DNA from: Raillietiella orientalis
Taxonomy: Eukaryota
Direction: 5' to 3'
DNA length: 64,000 nt
Assembly: GCA_036172245.1 (NCBI GenBank)
Contig: JAYWIR010000057.1
Coordinates: 372,001 to 436,000, forward strand
Under the pieces are notes generated by a model. That model was not told where the DNA came from. It did not search any database and worked only from the letters and a program-made list of their open reading frames with translations. Each line of letters starts with the position of its first letter. Position 1 is the stretch's first letter. Below, piece by piece: positions 1-13,100 of this stretch. The position numbers were made by a program, and so were the translations under genes.

Positions 1-600
1 GCGTCCATTAGGTCCGAAGAGAATTTTATTCACCGGTTTGTTCCTTTGTGGCCGGACCCGGGAGATGGCCTGACCCTTGGAAAGAGCCACAGCAATCCAG
101 CATAGGCATGGGAAAGGAAGAGGGAGGCTGCAGCTCCAAGTCGGATGATGCAAAGCTATCGAAAACCAGCTGACGCGGAGGTGAAACGCAGATATCCCTC
201 AAAGATCACGAGTTCCCTAGGATTCTCGAGCGTCGTGGGAACGAACAAATGCAAGAGATGACTACTTTAGTGAGAACTTTGACGAGCACGAGATTTTTAT
301 GCTGCTGGAAACAGCGAAAGACAGTAACAGCAATGACGACAATGACACCGATGATGTGGCTGCAGTAAAGAAGAAGTCGACTGGCGATTAATGAGATGGT
401 TCTGTCGGATAAATTTGATGTATAAGCAGAGAATGATTCGATCAATGATCTCAAATGGCTGTTAAAAATGATGAGGAAAGGCACAAAAGAGATTGAGGCT
501 GTAAAAAGTTCAAGTCGTACTGGAATTCGGCAATCGAATCATCTGCTTCACTATCCTCCAGGTATTCGAGTCATCCATGGCTTCTTTCATAAATCATGAG
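1..600 (+). mobile_element. Decayed hAT (Buster/Charlie-like) transposase fragment, N-terminal part
   Basis: Frameshifted AKLSKTS*RGGETQI resembles IAKxGKPHTIGExLI; NDT...INEM resembles NxTVxRRIxEM. Confidence 0.35.
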
Positions 601-827
601 ACCTCGGCTGCATGCTCTTTCGCGCCACCTCCAATGCTTAAATTGTGAAATCGGACCGCTCGTGTCTCCTTTTCCAATCGAAAAACAGGATAGCGGGATA
701 CAAAGGATCAGTTTCGAACGTGGTCCTAGCGCCCAGCAACAGCGAACAAGTTAGTGTGGTTCAACTTAAACGAGCATCGGTGACGGAAAGTCCCGGAAAC
801 ACTTCGCTGGTCCGCTCTAGAGCTCTC

Positions 828-947
828 CGTACGCTCATCTTCTCGAGCCTCCGTACTGTGCAGTTCTCATGCTCCTGCAGCAAGAGGAGAGGTAGTTCGG
901 GATCCAGGAATCTCGGTAGAACATTGAACAGCACAAAATTCGACGTA
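828..947 (+). repeat. Dispersed repeat family B, copy 1
   Basis: CTCATCTTCTCG.GCCTCCGTACTGT.CAGTT.TCATG...GCAGCAAGAGG.GAGGTA.TTCGGGATC.AGGAATCTCGG.AGAACAT shared with 3548-3666. Confidence 0.75.
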
Positions 948-979
948 CGTTTATCTCTCCACCTCACACCATGAGACTT

Positions 980-1550
980 GTCGGCGCGTGACTGAGACCT
1001 CGGCGCGTGGCACCAAGAGTTGCGAGTTCGAATCTCACCCCACCCGGGGAAGAATCCACGCCGAGAAATGGGTGCCTCGTGGGTTCGAGTTCCCCCCCTC
1101 AAAATGACGCTTGTTAGCCTGAAGACTTCGGATGCGACACTGGTAGAAGCTGGAAACCGGATGCCCCCGATGGGTGGCCGGGATTGGAAGTTGACCCTTT
1201 GGAGTCTTTTCCGAAATCAAGGAGCCTCCAGGGTTCCCTCCGGCTGTGAAAATGGAGCCATGCCTCCCTCAGGGGGGAACTCTCCCACATCGTACCATGC
1301 AGCTGGTGTGGATTGCTCTCCATTGCTCTCCCTTCGGGAGCGACCTATCAGAGAAAATTGGGAAGTGTCCCTTGCGGGGTTTTCTTCAGAGGAGGAAACT
1401 AGAAGCGGATCCTTTCCAGAGGTTTCTCCGGGGTGAATAAGGAAGAGGTTCCCTTCGGTGTTCCCCCCTCCCAAGAGGAGAGGAACGGACTCCTTTCTCC
1501 GGAGCCTTTCCTGGATTCAAAGGATGGTCCCCACCCGGGGTACCCCCTAT
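980..1550 (+). mobile_element. Dispersed repeat family A (candidate tRNA-derived SINE), near full-length copy
   Basis: B-box-like GAGTTCGAATC at 1024-1034. Shares GGATTGGAAGTTGACCCT and GAGAGGAACGGACTCCTT blocks with the other copies. Confidence 0.7.
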
Positions 1551-2269
1551 AGCTTAGCGAACCAAAGAAACACGTGGCTGCAACGAAATTCTGCTTCCAG
1601 AAACGAGAAAGCACGAGACACGCCAGTTTTGCGCCGAGGGAGCAATAAACTGGAGGGACAACGCGACTCCCGAAGCCGAACGAGCACTTCAGCGAGAAGA
1701 AAAATCAACAGAAAGCGGAAAACCCGACCGACTCGTCGCCAACGTTATTAACGACGCCTCGCGCCACCAGTTACAGCGAGATGTTTCCCATCGTACGCAC
1801 GGCTCCGCCGACCAATTTTCCTGCCTGCCGGTCCTCGAGTCTTCGGGAATCTTCGCGGGTCAGTTTCCGATCCACTGATTAGAAGACTCGGCCAAGCGGG
1901 TTGTTTGCTCGTAGAGAGTCCGTGACGATTTTCAGCAGACCTCATCTGCTTCCTCTCGATCCGAATCCTCCTCGGAATCTCCGCGATTTCTGGCCGCCAA
2001 GCTCCCTTTCCATCGCTTCCCAGCCGTACCACGCCACGCCCGTTTCCCGAATCCGTCTCGAAGAGCCCGTACCATCTTTGGTTTTATTCATGTTTGCTCT
2101 TTGTACTAACCAGCTCCGACCTTCATGGTTCGCCCCAATTTAGATGTTTTTCTTTCTTGCACTCTCCATGGTTACACAAAGCAGTGCGATTTACGATTTG
2201 CTCCGTTCTGCTATTCAGTCCGTTTCTCTTGGAAATTCTCCGAAATTAATGAAGGCAAATTTATAGTTT

Positions 2270-3100
2270 TATGTTGGTATCTGCAGCGGGAGAGGCTGTG
2301 CGGATGTGGATGGAAAGACGCGCGCGCGCGGAAACACTCGTTCGCGTTCTTCAAAACCAGCTCTTTCGGAAAGGGGCTACCTTGGAAAACAAAAGAGTTC
2401 CGGATAACGAGCGGCCTTCTTCGTACCGGGGAGATCAAAACACGACCACTGCAGGTCGATGGGTCTTCGGGAAGGAGCGAGGGGAAAACAACGTGAGTGT
2501 AGATCAAGTCTTGGTAGCGAAAGCCAGCCTGTGACGGGCACATTTATGCGGCAAACAGAAGACATGAAAACATAACTCTTGAGCTGCAAGCACGAGAGTG
2601 GTTTCGTGGATTCGTGAAGAACGGTGCCTTGCCAGGAGCTCTCATGCTGCTCACACGCAGAGCTCCAAAGGAATTCCACGTTCAAGGAGAGGCGCCAAGG
2701 AAAACGTTTCCAGACTCGCATCAATACCCACTCCGTGGTCATCTCTTCGGCGAGCTTTCCATCTCCTGCCTCGTGAGCCCATGAGATCGATCGATCCATG
2801 TGACGTATGGAGCCTGAAAAGAACTTTCTGGATCTGAATCCCGAGATCCTGATTTCTCAAGCGAATTCACCTTCCGCGACGCGCGGTAAAATCTACGGCG
2901 GTTCCTCACTATGCTGCAGTGGCGGCAGCTACCCATCCATCCTCCCATCGTGGGTCAAACAACAGCAGGCTGCCGTCTGCTGCAGACGTTCGACAAACAG
3001 ATTTGGGATTATTCGGCAAAGTGCTGCAGGAATTTAAAGGGAACGAATCATGACTATCATGGGAGAAGATATTCTTCTGATGCTGCGTTTAGTTCTAATG
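2270..3100 (+). mobile_element. Decayed hAT transposase fragment, catalytic region
   Basis: LQNQLFRKGATLENKRVPDNERPSSYRG...QVLVAK resembles IPxxNI..TDGAPxMxG..HRQxLVAK; VSWIREERCLAR resembles VRWLSKGxCLxR. Confidence 0.5.
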
Positions 3101-3547
3101 AATCTTAGCCGGAGTGCCCTGCATAGGGCAGGATCAGAGAGGCTTCAGTGGAAAGAAGAAACGGAAAAGACTTGATAGAAACAAAAAAAAAAAAAACACT
3201 TAACGCTGAAAGGCATCATTTGGAAATCAAAATCACCGTGGGCTGAAATAGGTCTCTGCCTACATCAAGTGTTCCTGTTGTCACGAACAGAAGAGTGCAA
3301 GACGCCGCATGCCATGACCGGCGCAATGATACGGATTCGTAAGAGAGTTTGGTAACTATGAAGGAGATTTCTTCATCAAAATAGAATAAATCCATTCCTC
3401 CTCTTTGGTGTGCTCTAAAAAACCCAAGCAGACAATTGGCGCACTTCTGGCTCGTCCGTCTTCTGCTTCCTTGCGAACCGTTAGCAAAGAGCAGTCGAAG
3501 TGCTGTAGGAAAGAAATGCAACCGAGTCTCACGCTTCCTGTGTATAC

Positions 3548-3666
3548 CCTGCTCTCATCTTCTCGTGCCTCCGTACTGTACAGTTTTCATGAGCTTGCAG
3601 CAAGAGGCGAGGTACTTCGGGATCTAGGAATCTCGGCAGAACATCGACAGCACGAAATTCGACGTC
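3548..3666 (+). repeat. Dispersed repeat family B, copy 2
   Basis: High identity to 828-947 by eye. Confidence 0.75.
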
Positions 3667-4100
3667 CCCCTATCCCGCAGGACGGACGTCGGGCGAGGCG
3701 GCGGTGGGGTGGCGGCTGCGGGTGAAAAGTGGGAAAGCATCTCTCTGAACAGCGCTCAGAAGCTCTTGCAGCAGAGACCGTATCTCCACCACCCTGCAGA
3801 TTTTTCCGCTGGAGGGTTGCTGATGCTCACTGCCGTGGTTCCCATGGGCGGAAAAGACGGAGCATTCCGTGATCCGATGGCTCGAAGATGGAAGAGGCAA
3901 AACCGGCGCATACTTTGATCGGCCTTAGGTTTCTTGCCAACGATCCTCTTCCTCAGCCTCTCCACGCCAAAGGCAATACCTTTTTTTTCCAGTACGGGGA
4001 GCTGCGGTTCAGTTTCTTAGCTTTCTGGATTTTTTTGATTTCAGATGATGGAAGAAATCCTTATGGGTTCTCCTGTTTTCGCTGCTTTTCCTCTAGCTTT

Positions 4101-4121
4101 TTGTTGTTGTTGTTGTTGTTG
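4101..4121. repeat. (TTG)7 microsatellite
   Basis: Direct reading. Confidence 0.9.
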
Positions 4122-4249
4122 TTTATTCTTTTTTGGTTCTCAAGGAGCGCCGAAGTACTGTTCGCTCCTTAGGATGGGCTCACGGAGCTCTTTGGCGCTA
4201 TCCACGCCGTCTGAGGATGCGTGTAACTCTTCAGGGTTAGGGGGCAACT

Positions 4250-4848
4250 CGTAGGGACCACTCTATGAATGCAGGAAGGCTCCGGAGGAAGGAGTCCGTT
4301 TCTCTTACGCTCGGTAGGGAAAACCCGAAGAGAGTCCTCGCCCTGGTTGTCTATGAAGGGGACCCCGAAAGGAACCACCTCTTCCTCATTCTTTCCAGAG
4401 GGAGCCACTCCTCATTTCTTCTCCGAGGAGAACACGTAAAGAATCCACTTCTCTCCTCCGGAGTGAGCCCGCAAGGGAATCGCTCCTTGTTTTCTCCTCT
4501 GAAGGGAATCCAGATGGGACGCTTCCAAATGCTCCGGAAGGATGAACTCTGAAGGAAGCAGCGCGCTTCTTACGCTCTGGAGAGGCAACCAACTCCCGAG
4601 GGAACCGGCTCCTTGATTCTTGGAAGGACCCCAGAGGGTCGACTTCCAATCCCGGCCAGTCAAGTGAGTCATCAGGCTTTCACCCGGAGCCTTCGAGACC
4701 AACCAGCGTCATCTTGCAGAGGGACCCGAAACCCACGACTCACCCCCCGTTTCTCGACTTCGATCCCTCCCTGAATGGGCATTCGAGCCCTAGGGCCTGG
4801 TGCCACGCGCGGAGACCACAGCCGCGCTATCGCAGCTGCCAACGCGGG
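4250..4848 (-). mobile_element. Repeat family A copy (reverse)
   Basis: Reverse complement reads CCCGCGTTGGC...GGTCTCCGCGCGTGGCACC...GGGATTGGAAGTCGACCCT...GAAACGGACTCCTTCCTCCGGAGCC. Confidence 0.7.
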
Positions 4849-7050
4849 TTTCTAAGGGCGAATCCATAACAGCGAAGTTTATAGAACACGCACGAATTCT
4901 ATTGTCCGTTTGCCAGGAGTTCAGCCGGGGAACGGGCGCCTTTCATAATTCCGTCCGGAATGCCCCCGAAGTCATGGGGTCGCATGAGCGGTGCGGCTAC
5001 GGAACGCGTTCCTCTGTGCCCAGCGGAAACGCGCAGATGGCGGAAGTAGGGACCAGTTGCCTTCTTTCCTCGGGGGACGGAAAATCTTCCAGCGGAACCA
5101 CTTTGTTTCCTTGAGCAAAGAACGGAGGGCAGCCGTTGCCACGAGAACGCCGCTTTGTCGCGCGTTCGCGGGCGGCGGCCAACTCCTTCGCTCCGCAGTC
5201 AAATCGACCCCTCTCTCTCTCATCCCCCCCCCTCCTTCGCCCCTTTCCGAGGAGGAGGAGGAGGAGCAGCCGCGAGCCGGAGGGCTGATTTGCACACGCT
5301 TGCCTCCTCGACCCGGATTTTGTCGCCGGATTGAGCCGCTCTTTCCGGCTCCTTAGGGCAGGGGGGGGGGGGAGGTGGAAGGGGCACATAGCGACGCCCT
5401 CCGTTCGTCCCCGCCGTCCAGACCGGCACGGTGCTGCCGTTCTGCGGTGTACCGGCGGGGGGCGTCGCCTCCCCACTCAGCCGGACTTCCCTTCGATCAT
5501 CATTAGCTTGTCCCTCAAGCTCACCAAAGTGGGGGAAGAGCCGTAGGAGGAAGGCCGGAACCCTCCGCGACTGGGAGGGGAAGGCGCTGGCCGTTCGACC
5601 CACTTTCCGTCCGAGGCAATCGCCCAGGGAATCTTGCGCGACCCGCCCCTGCTCCTCGTCCCGAAGGTGAGGGTCACCAGGGGTCTCACCTCGAATTTGC
5701 CTTCCCCAGCCCACCATGCGCCACTTTCGGGGGGGTAGGGGGGGCAAAGGAATCCCTCCGTTCCTTCCTTCCTTCCTTCCTCCCCCCCCCCCTTCCCGCA
5801 CGCGGCTCGACATTTCCGGGAGGCGCTGCATCCCGGCAGGCGGCTCTGAGGAATCCTCTCTGAACGGAGAGGATTCCGGTACCCCCGCGCATCGGTCACA
5901 CGATGATCTCCCCGAAGTTTCCCATGCGTTGCCACGGGTACCCGGTGACCCAGCCTTCGGTCGAGCGGCTTGACTGACCGGGCAGCTCGCAGTCCGGTGC
6001 CAACCTTCTTTCCTGAGGCGCCCGCTGCCGTCCGGCATCTCTGCGATCCGGCCCGGGGCAGGCGCCCTGACCCTGGGTCCCGGTCCCATGGTCTCCGGAT
6101 GGGGTGCGAAGCGAAGAAGGAAGATGTGCAAGAAACGACCCCGAACCGAAAGAGGCAGGGATTAGGGGATGGCGCGGGGTGAGGTGGCAGAACAGAAGAC
6201 GTAGCGGCTCTCGAAGCGGGGCGAGCCGATCTGCTGGGCAGTGCGCCGCCGCTACTCCGAGGCGCACCTGGGGAGAAAGAGGGTGGTGGTAGCATTGCGC
6301 CGGATTCCTCCCCCCTCCCCTTCCCATCTTCCCCGAGCAGGATATGTGAGCACCTTCCTTTCGGGTGCGGAGGCGTTGGACACGGAATCCTGGAGAGTCC
6401 CGTGGGATTCCCCTGAAAAGGGTTTTCCTCTGGATGGACTCGGGACGACCGGGCGGGATCTCATTTACGACCGGCACAGGGAATAGAATTTTGCGACGAG
6501 CGCAGAAGATGAACGGGAGAGTGGGGGGTGCTCGCGCCTCGAAGTCGAAGGCCACCCCGCAGGTTGCCTCCACGGGGGGAACTCCCCATGCGGATTCTTC
6601 GTAGGAAAGGCGGAGACGGCGGTTTTCCTCCTCCTCCCCTTCCTGCTTCATCCCGCGAACCCGCGAAATCGCAGCCGGTCATCAAAACGCCGGTCTCCCG
6701 GTAGAACGCGGTTTTCCCGCGCGGCCAGGGATCGCGACGGGAAAGGAGGGGATCGGATGGCGCGTCCGCCGCTTAGCGACGGCGGCGTGCCCTCCCGGCG
6801 GCGGAGTTTCGTTAGTACCGCGCAAAACTCGAGCCGCTGAGCACAAGATGCGGTCCGGAACCGCCGCATCTCGCGCAAGACGAGGCGAATTCGCATAAGA
6901 CTGGGCGATGTGTCTTTCGCCAGTCACTCGCGGGAGGAGCTGGAAGTGAGCGGAATGCCTCGCTACGGCGGCCGCGGCACGCGCAGCGGCGGTGTCTCCG
7001 CGACGTCCTGAAAGCAACGCGGTTGTTTTCGGGGGAGTTCGGATGAAGCC

Positions 7051-7150
7051 ATGCTCCAGCCTGTGAAGCTGTGGTCGATCCTGCTCCTCCTCCGTCTGGC
7101 CATCCCTGCCGGTATCCTTTGCTGCTGCTCCTCCGGCACGGCGAAACACG
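7051..7150 (+). CDS. gon-1: ADAMTS exon 1: start and signal peptide
   Basis: gcc[36 protein letters not shown] has a hydrophobic core. Donor G|gtgagc is phase 1 and matches exon 2. It lies 17 kb from exon 2, so the link is inferred. Confidence 0.72.
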
Positions 7151-10100
7151 GTGAGCTCGGGAAGGGTGAAGAGGGGGAGAGGGGGGGCGACAGAGGGGAA
7201 GGAAGGAAAGGGGGGAGAGAAGGCGAAGGAAATTTTCCCCGCCGGAACGATCGTGCTCCTCCGTTCGTGCCAGCGAGCGCGCGCGCGCGCACCGACGGCG
7301 GCGGGAACGTCACGCCAGCCGGCACACCGGGAAAACGCCTTCGACGTCTTCGCTTCGGAGAGGACGTGCGTCTTGCCGGTCGCCTCTGCACGGATGGGGG
7401 TGGGGAGCATGCGGTCGCACACGCCGTTCCGTCGAAGAAGCAGCGGGAACGCCGGCCGTTTCCCGGAGGAGGGACACTCCGGGACGCGGAAGACCTCGTG
7501 TGGTGCGGCTACTCGGCTCACCCGATGGGCGGAGGGCGCAGAGGTATCTCGTCGCGGTGCCTCTCGCTGCCTTCCCGCTGCTCGCCCGGAGCGGTGACGT
7601 TTCCCCCGGGTCCATGGGGGGGTCGAGTGTCCCATCGGGATACAGGGAGCGGGCGCTCCTCCGAGAAAGTACGGGAGCGCGCCCGCGCAGCCACCGCCGC
7701 GCTCGTCTGCGAAGCCGCCCGTCGGCGCGGTCGACGCCGGGACGACGACCGGGAAACCTCCTCCTCCTCCTCCTCGAGCGTCGTCGTCCTTCCCCCATCG
7801 AAAGTCGCCTGGGCCGCAGGGAGGGGCTTCCCGTTTCCTGCTCTTGCGAATCGAAATTTCCTGGGATTCCGACTCGCTGGCGCCGATCGTATGGATGGCG
7901 CGCGCGTATGGGAAAGCGAAGAAATGCGAAGGGATGCTCAGTCGAGGGACCTCTGGGTATGGGTAGCATTTCAGAGGAGGAGGAGAGGGGAGCAAGCTCC
8001 GCAGATTCGTCATCGAGGCTCCCTTCTCCTTCTTTCCTTTCGAAGACCCTCCTGCGCTGCACCTGGCTGAGCAGCAGACGAATTTATCCTCACATCTATG
8101 CTCTTTCCCGTGAAGACTGGGCGGTGGACTGCGACCGAGCCCAACGTCCAGCGAAATTCCTTCGTTTTTCGCAGCCCCCCTTCCTGAAGGGGACTCCGAA
8201 ATTTTCGGGACACCTCCGGAAGCGCTTCGGATGGTGCCGCCGCCACGAGAGGCGACGAGTGTCCTCCTCTCTCGGCGAGGTGGGAAACGAGCGGCGAGTT
8301 TCCCACCTCCCCCGCGTTTCCGGAGATCCGCGGAGATTTACTGCACATTTCGGTTCGGTTCCCAAGCGACCGCCTCCGGGCGTCCATCCGAGCGAGAGGC
8401 CAGCTCTGTCCCGAGTGCTCCATCCCCCCGCTACACCCGCGGACGTGCGGAAAACCCGGAGAGCACGTGTGGTTCAGTTACCATAATGACGTTCGTGTCT
8501 CCGGGCAGATCTCTGATCGTGGGCTCGCCTGTCCCAACGAGACGCTATAAATAGGCGCCCCCTTCATCGGAGCGAACAGATTTCGCGCGATTTCCCGGCA
8601 ACGGCGTCCAACACCCGAAGCGAGGACATCCAGGACTTTCCCTCCTCGTTCGAATGGACGGGGTCCCTCTCACGAGGGTCAGGCGCGCCCTCTGCCGTTT
8701 CCCGCCGCCCCCCTCACCTGCTGTCGGGACGAAGCGCTACTTCGAGGTGGAGATCGGCCCCTACGGGGCTTCCTGACAGGAGAAGGATGGGAATTCGATG
8801 CCCTCAAAACAGTCCCTGCCTTTTTCCACAGGACTCTCACGTCTATCCCAGGACGTGACGGCGCGGCCTTCGACCCCCTTTCTAACGGGACGCGCCGTTG
8901 CGGTCGTTTTCATGCCCAGTGCTGCCGCTCCGCGACGGTTCGGGAGCGATCCTGGCGGCGGGTAGAAGCGGGAGCAGGATCCGAAGGGAAAACCCTGGGG
9001 GGACTTCCGGGAGAACCCGTTCCCCCTGATCCCACGCAGAGGTGGCAAATTACACGAGGAGCAGCAGCGGCCGCTCCTAAGCGCGGCAGAGCGGCCCCTG
9101 GGAGGATGTCGGAATTTCGGGCGGGGCTGTGCCCGACGCGTCGCCAAGCGCCTCCTGCTCGCTCCCGTTCCCGCTTGACCGCGGCACAAGGGAAACGTCC
9201 GTCGTTCCTGGTTCACGCAGCGCTCCGCCGCGGAACTCCCTCTGCAGGGGTCATGCGGGTCTCCTCACGCCCTTCGGGGCTTTCCTTGCCACCGGCTTCT
9301 CTTCCCCTTCGCGCATGCTCGGTCGGAAGGCTGCGTCTCCTGACCGGGGAAAACTTTCGGGACCTACGAGCGATGCGCCCAGAGAACGTGGAGAGGAAGC
9401 GGATGCCCTCTTTCCGGCGAAGGTCACCCTCGCGCATCGCGGCGGGAGGGGAAAGGGAGGAAAAGAGGTGGGTCGCTGCCACCACCGCTCGTTCCCGTGC
9501 ATTCCCGGATCCTCCTGACGTGCTGGCGCCAACCGCGGAAAACGCAGCCCGCGAGAAAGATCACTGCTCGCAGCAGATGCAGACGCCTCGCATCCCGTCG
9601 CTCGCATCCAGTCAGTACCCGCGCCCGCGCCGCTCCCGAGAGGCGCCCTCTCTCTCGTTGCCGGGCGCCGTCGTCAACACCGTGGGGAAACGGCGAGAGG
9701 CGCGCTCTCTCTCAGGAGGCGAAGAGAAGGCGGCTCCGCAGTGCCTCGCGGGGGCGCCTCTCCCTCCAGACGCGGCTTTTTTTTTTTCTTTTTCGCGCGC
9801 ACATGCGCGTGCGCATAGGGTTGGCCGTTCCCTCCCTCAGCGGCTCCCGACAGAGGGAGGGCAGCGATCAAAACCCCAGTCCCGCCCTCCCGGAGACGCG
9901 CAGGAACGCTGGCGATCTCTCCCTCTCCGCCACACCCCGCCGGCTGGGCCGCGGAAAGGCAACGGCCACTTCCCTGAGACCCTCTCTCTCGGCTGGGGAG
10001 GGACGCTGGCATGGATGCTCTGAGACGGCCGCCGCAGACACGGCTGGCAACCTGCAGGCGCCCTCACCCTGCTGCGACTTCGACCGCGAATGGTAGGGCG

Positions 10101-13100
10101 GACCGAGCTGAAGCTGCCTCTGCGTGGAGAGGAAGCCCCTCCCCCTTACCCTCGCGGACCGCCTGGGATAGACCTTTACCCAGGACGTCGTGCGGAAGCG
10201 AAGGAAAACACGGGAAGGCGATCGTTGGAGCTGCTATCTGGGGGCAGGGAGAGGGGTTCGACTGCTCTGGTGACCCTCTGCTGACTGAGGTGCCGCTGAA
10301 TTGATCTGTCCCAACGAGGCAAACCGATCCTCAGGGCACTTTACGATTCTGGGGGGCGGCCCCGGGCCGGCGGCAGCACCTTCCGGTACGACGTGGGAGC
10401 CTCCTCCCTCTCGTCTTCCCCAGGTTTTAACCTTCGGCCAGGCACCCTTTGTCCGGTAGAGCAGGTTCTTCGAGAACGCCCCTGGCGAAAGTTCCGCTCT
10501 CAGAGCGACGCGAGCGCCGACTCCAAGAAGAGCATCCGAGGAGGTGGCACCCCTCCGTCCGGAGCCGAACGCAGAGCAGGCGTCCTTTCCTCTCTCCCCT
10601 GGTGACCTGTTGCAGCACAGCTCTCCTGGCTAGCCTCGGCCCTGTGCACTGATCCCCGAAGGCAGGATGGCGAAGAGAAGCCGGTGCTTACTCGATGCGC
10701 GACCCCTCGGATGCTCTTCGAGAAGCGAAGGTGGCTGCGGGGACCCCCTCTCCGTCCGACCGTTGCTTTTCCCTGGCAGCCGGAAGGGAGTTCTTTTCTT
10801 CTCCTCCCTCCCGCTCTCGCTCCAGCCGCCTGCGGACCTTCACGGGAGTTCTCCTTCCCGCTTCGAATCCCCCCATCCACCCAAGAGCGACGGCGCTCAC
10901 TCCTGGACGTGGAAAAGGGACTGCTGAGGTCTCCAGGAGCGGCGGGAGCGCCTCCGGACTCGTTTGCTCCCGAGGAAGGTGCTTCGTTCTGTTCCTCTTT
11001 GTCATCCGGAGGAACCCCGCCTCCTCTTCATCCATTAGTGGGTCCGCGGTCCTCGTGTTTTCTCCCACTTTCCCGCTCGTCGTGACTCCAGCGTGCTCAA
11101 TGAGCGAGCGGACCTGTCGCAAGAATTCGGGTCTCTTCTTACAGCAGCGCCGGTACTGGTTCTCGCTTGGGCTGGGCCTTGCCCATGACCTCTGCTCATC
11201 TATTCTGCCTCGTCGCCCGGAGTTCTCGGGTCGGCTCGAAACCGTGGTTTCTTCCCGAGGTCCAGACCTCGGAAGGAAGAAAACAGGGCGCTTTCCCCTG
11301 TCCCCAGCGCACGCGTGCGTTGTCTTGACGACGGGCAGGGTGACTGCAGGGCGGCGGCAATGCAGAACCTCGAAGGACTTTTTGCGGAGAGAGTTCCGTG
11401 GACGGGTGAACTACGGATACAGATGCTGCTTCCGAGCGTGCAGATCTCAAGAGGATGCAGACTCCACAAGAGATGTCACTTCTGCTGCTCTTGGCAAAAA
11501 AACACGGAGATTCAGCGTCGAAAACGAACGCTGCGGATCTTCGAGCATAAAGAGACGTCCAGGAAAGGCTAGAAGTCCACGCAGAGAAGATTTTTTCTGG
11601 GGAGCGACCCATCTGACAGGAGTCCCCATTGCCCAGGAGACCCCGCTTCCGTGGGGATGGGAAATACGCAAAAGAAGCCGACTAGACCTGTTCCGAGTGC
11701 TCCAAGAAACAGTCGAGAGGTCCTGGATCCAAGTAGTCGCAGGAGAAGGGAGACAGGGCAACACCCGAGCACTGCAGGAGGAATAAGAGGAAGCTGAAAG
11801 TCGGGACGAGCCGTGAGCTGTGGAAGAGGAAGTTCTTGTTTTGTTAGATGGCTCGTTGTTCATCCGCGCTTTCACCCGGTGCTTCGGGGTGTCCATTCCT
11901 GTGCATCGCATGAGGCGGAAGCGCTTTTTTCCCAAAAGAGCTCAGCGACCAGGGTTCCAGCGTGCTCCCGAGGGGAGCTGAGAGACGTCTTCCAGCCCCG
12001 TCAGCAGGCACAGTTTTCCCGCAGCCACCACAACGCATTGCTGAGACCCGCCGGGGCTATCGTGCACGCGCGTGCCGGCAACCGACAACAACGCGGGTAT
12101 GCCCAGGAAGCGCGTATGACCTGAGAGTTCCTTTTTTTCACTTGTTCGTACCGCCTGCTCCACGTGCTCGGAAATCACTTCTTTCTGTGGTGACGCGCGC
12201 CGACCGGACGGGTTACCTCCAACCGGGCTGGTTGTTATCCGGCGAGCGTGAAGGGAACGGCGAAATGATGGAGATGCCCCAGGCTGTGTTTACAAGAAGC
12301 CTCCTTCCCAGTCCAGCCACTCTCTATGGTGTGTGCGCGCGGTGCTGCACATCCACGTGTCGGCGTGTTTGAAACGCACGCGGTTGCCCTGCCCTGTGGC
12401 AACACAGATGGCGCGCGCGTAGGGACGGACGTCTTCTCGGCTGCGTCCAGAATGCAACCGAAAGCGGCGCACCTGATGGCACGGCGCTTGCTGGGAGGCG
12501 TTCCCTCTCTGAACCAGACCCCGGGAACACCTCTCCTACAGGGTCATCGTCTTTCTTCGACTTCCTTCCCTGCCCTGGAAGAGCGAACATTCAATCCTCA
12601 GCAGCTGACGACAACGAACGCTCCTCTCCGAAACAGCGCGGGTTGCTCCAGCGTGCCACGTTCACAGCTGTCCGCCGGAGCACAAGTGTGCCGGACTTGT
12701 TCCAGGTCGAAAGATCTACATGGGTGTTGTACGCCGAAGGGGGAGTTTGCGGGCGTATTAACGCCGCCGAGACCTTGATAGCGTGCAAGTCCTTTGCCAA
12801 GTGTCCATGAATCGTTTAGTCACTTCCCCGTGGTGGCGCTGCTGAATTTTAAAGACCTCGAAAGCGTGCCACGCTGTCACGACTCCAAATAAGCGATCTG
12901 AAAGCGGTTTCACAGAAACGGCGCTCACGGGGTCGTTTCGCCGCGTCGGACGAGGAAGTGCTTCGTGATGCAGCGCTGCCGGTTGTCCATGTGATCTTTA
13001 GAACAAATAGAGAGATATGGCACGGTGTGATTTTGGAACGCTTAAGAACATGGTCATGATCGCGTTCCTGCTGCGCCCGGTGTTTCCGCCGTCGCGTAGC

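Noticed and set aside
999..1040. tRNA gene suggested by a B box and GTG loop (also at 35241)
   Set aside because: No intact acceptor stem or D arm and no U33; it is part of a dispersed repeat.
5220..11786. Long ORFs such as 6682-8013(-), 7051-8070(+), 7500-8486(+), 9106-10023(+) and 10695-11786(+)
   Set aside because: Arg/Pro/Gly/Ser-rich frames overlapping on both strands in GC-rich DNA, with no domain motifs. Only 7051-7150 is used, as exon 1; part of the last ORF is a hAT remnant.
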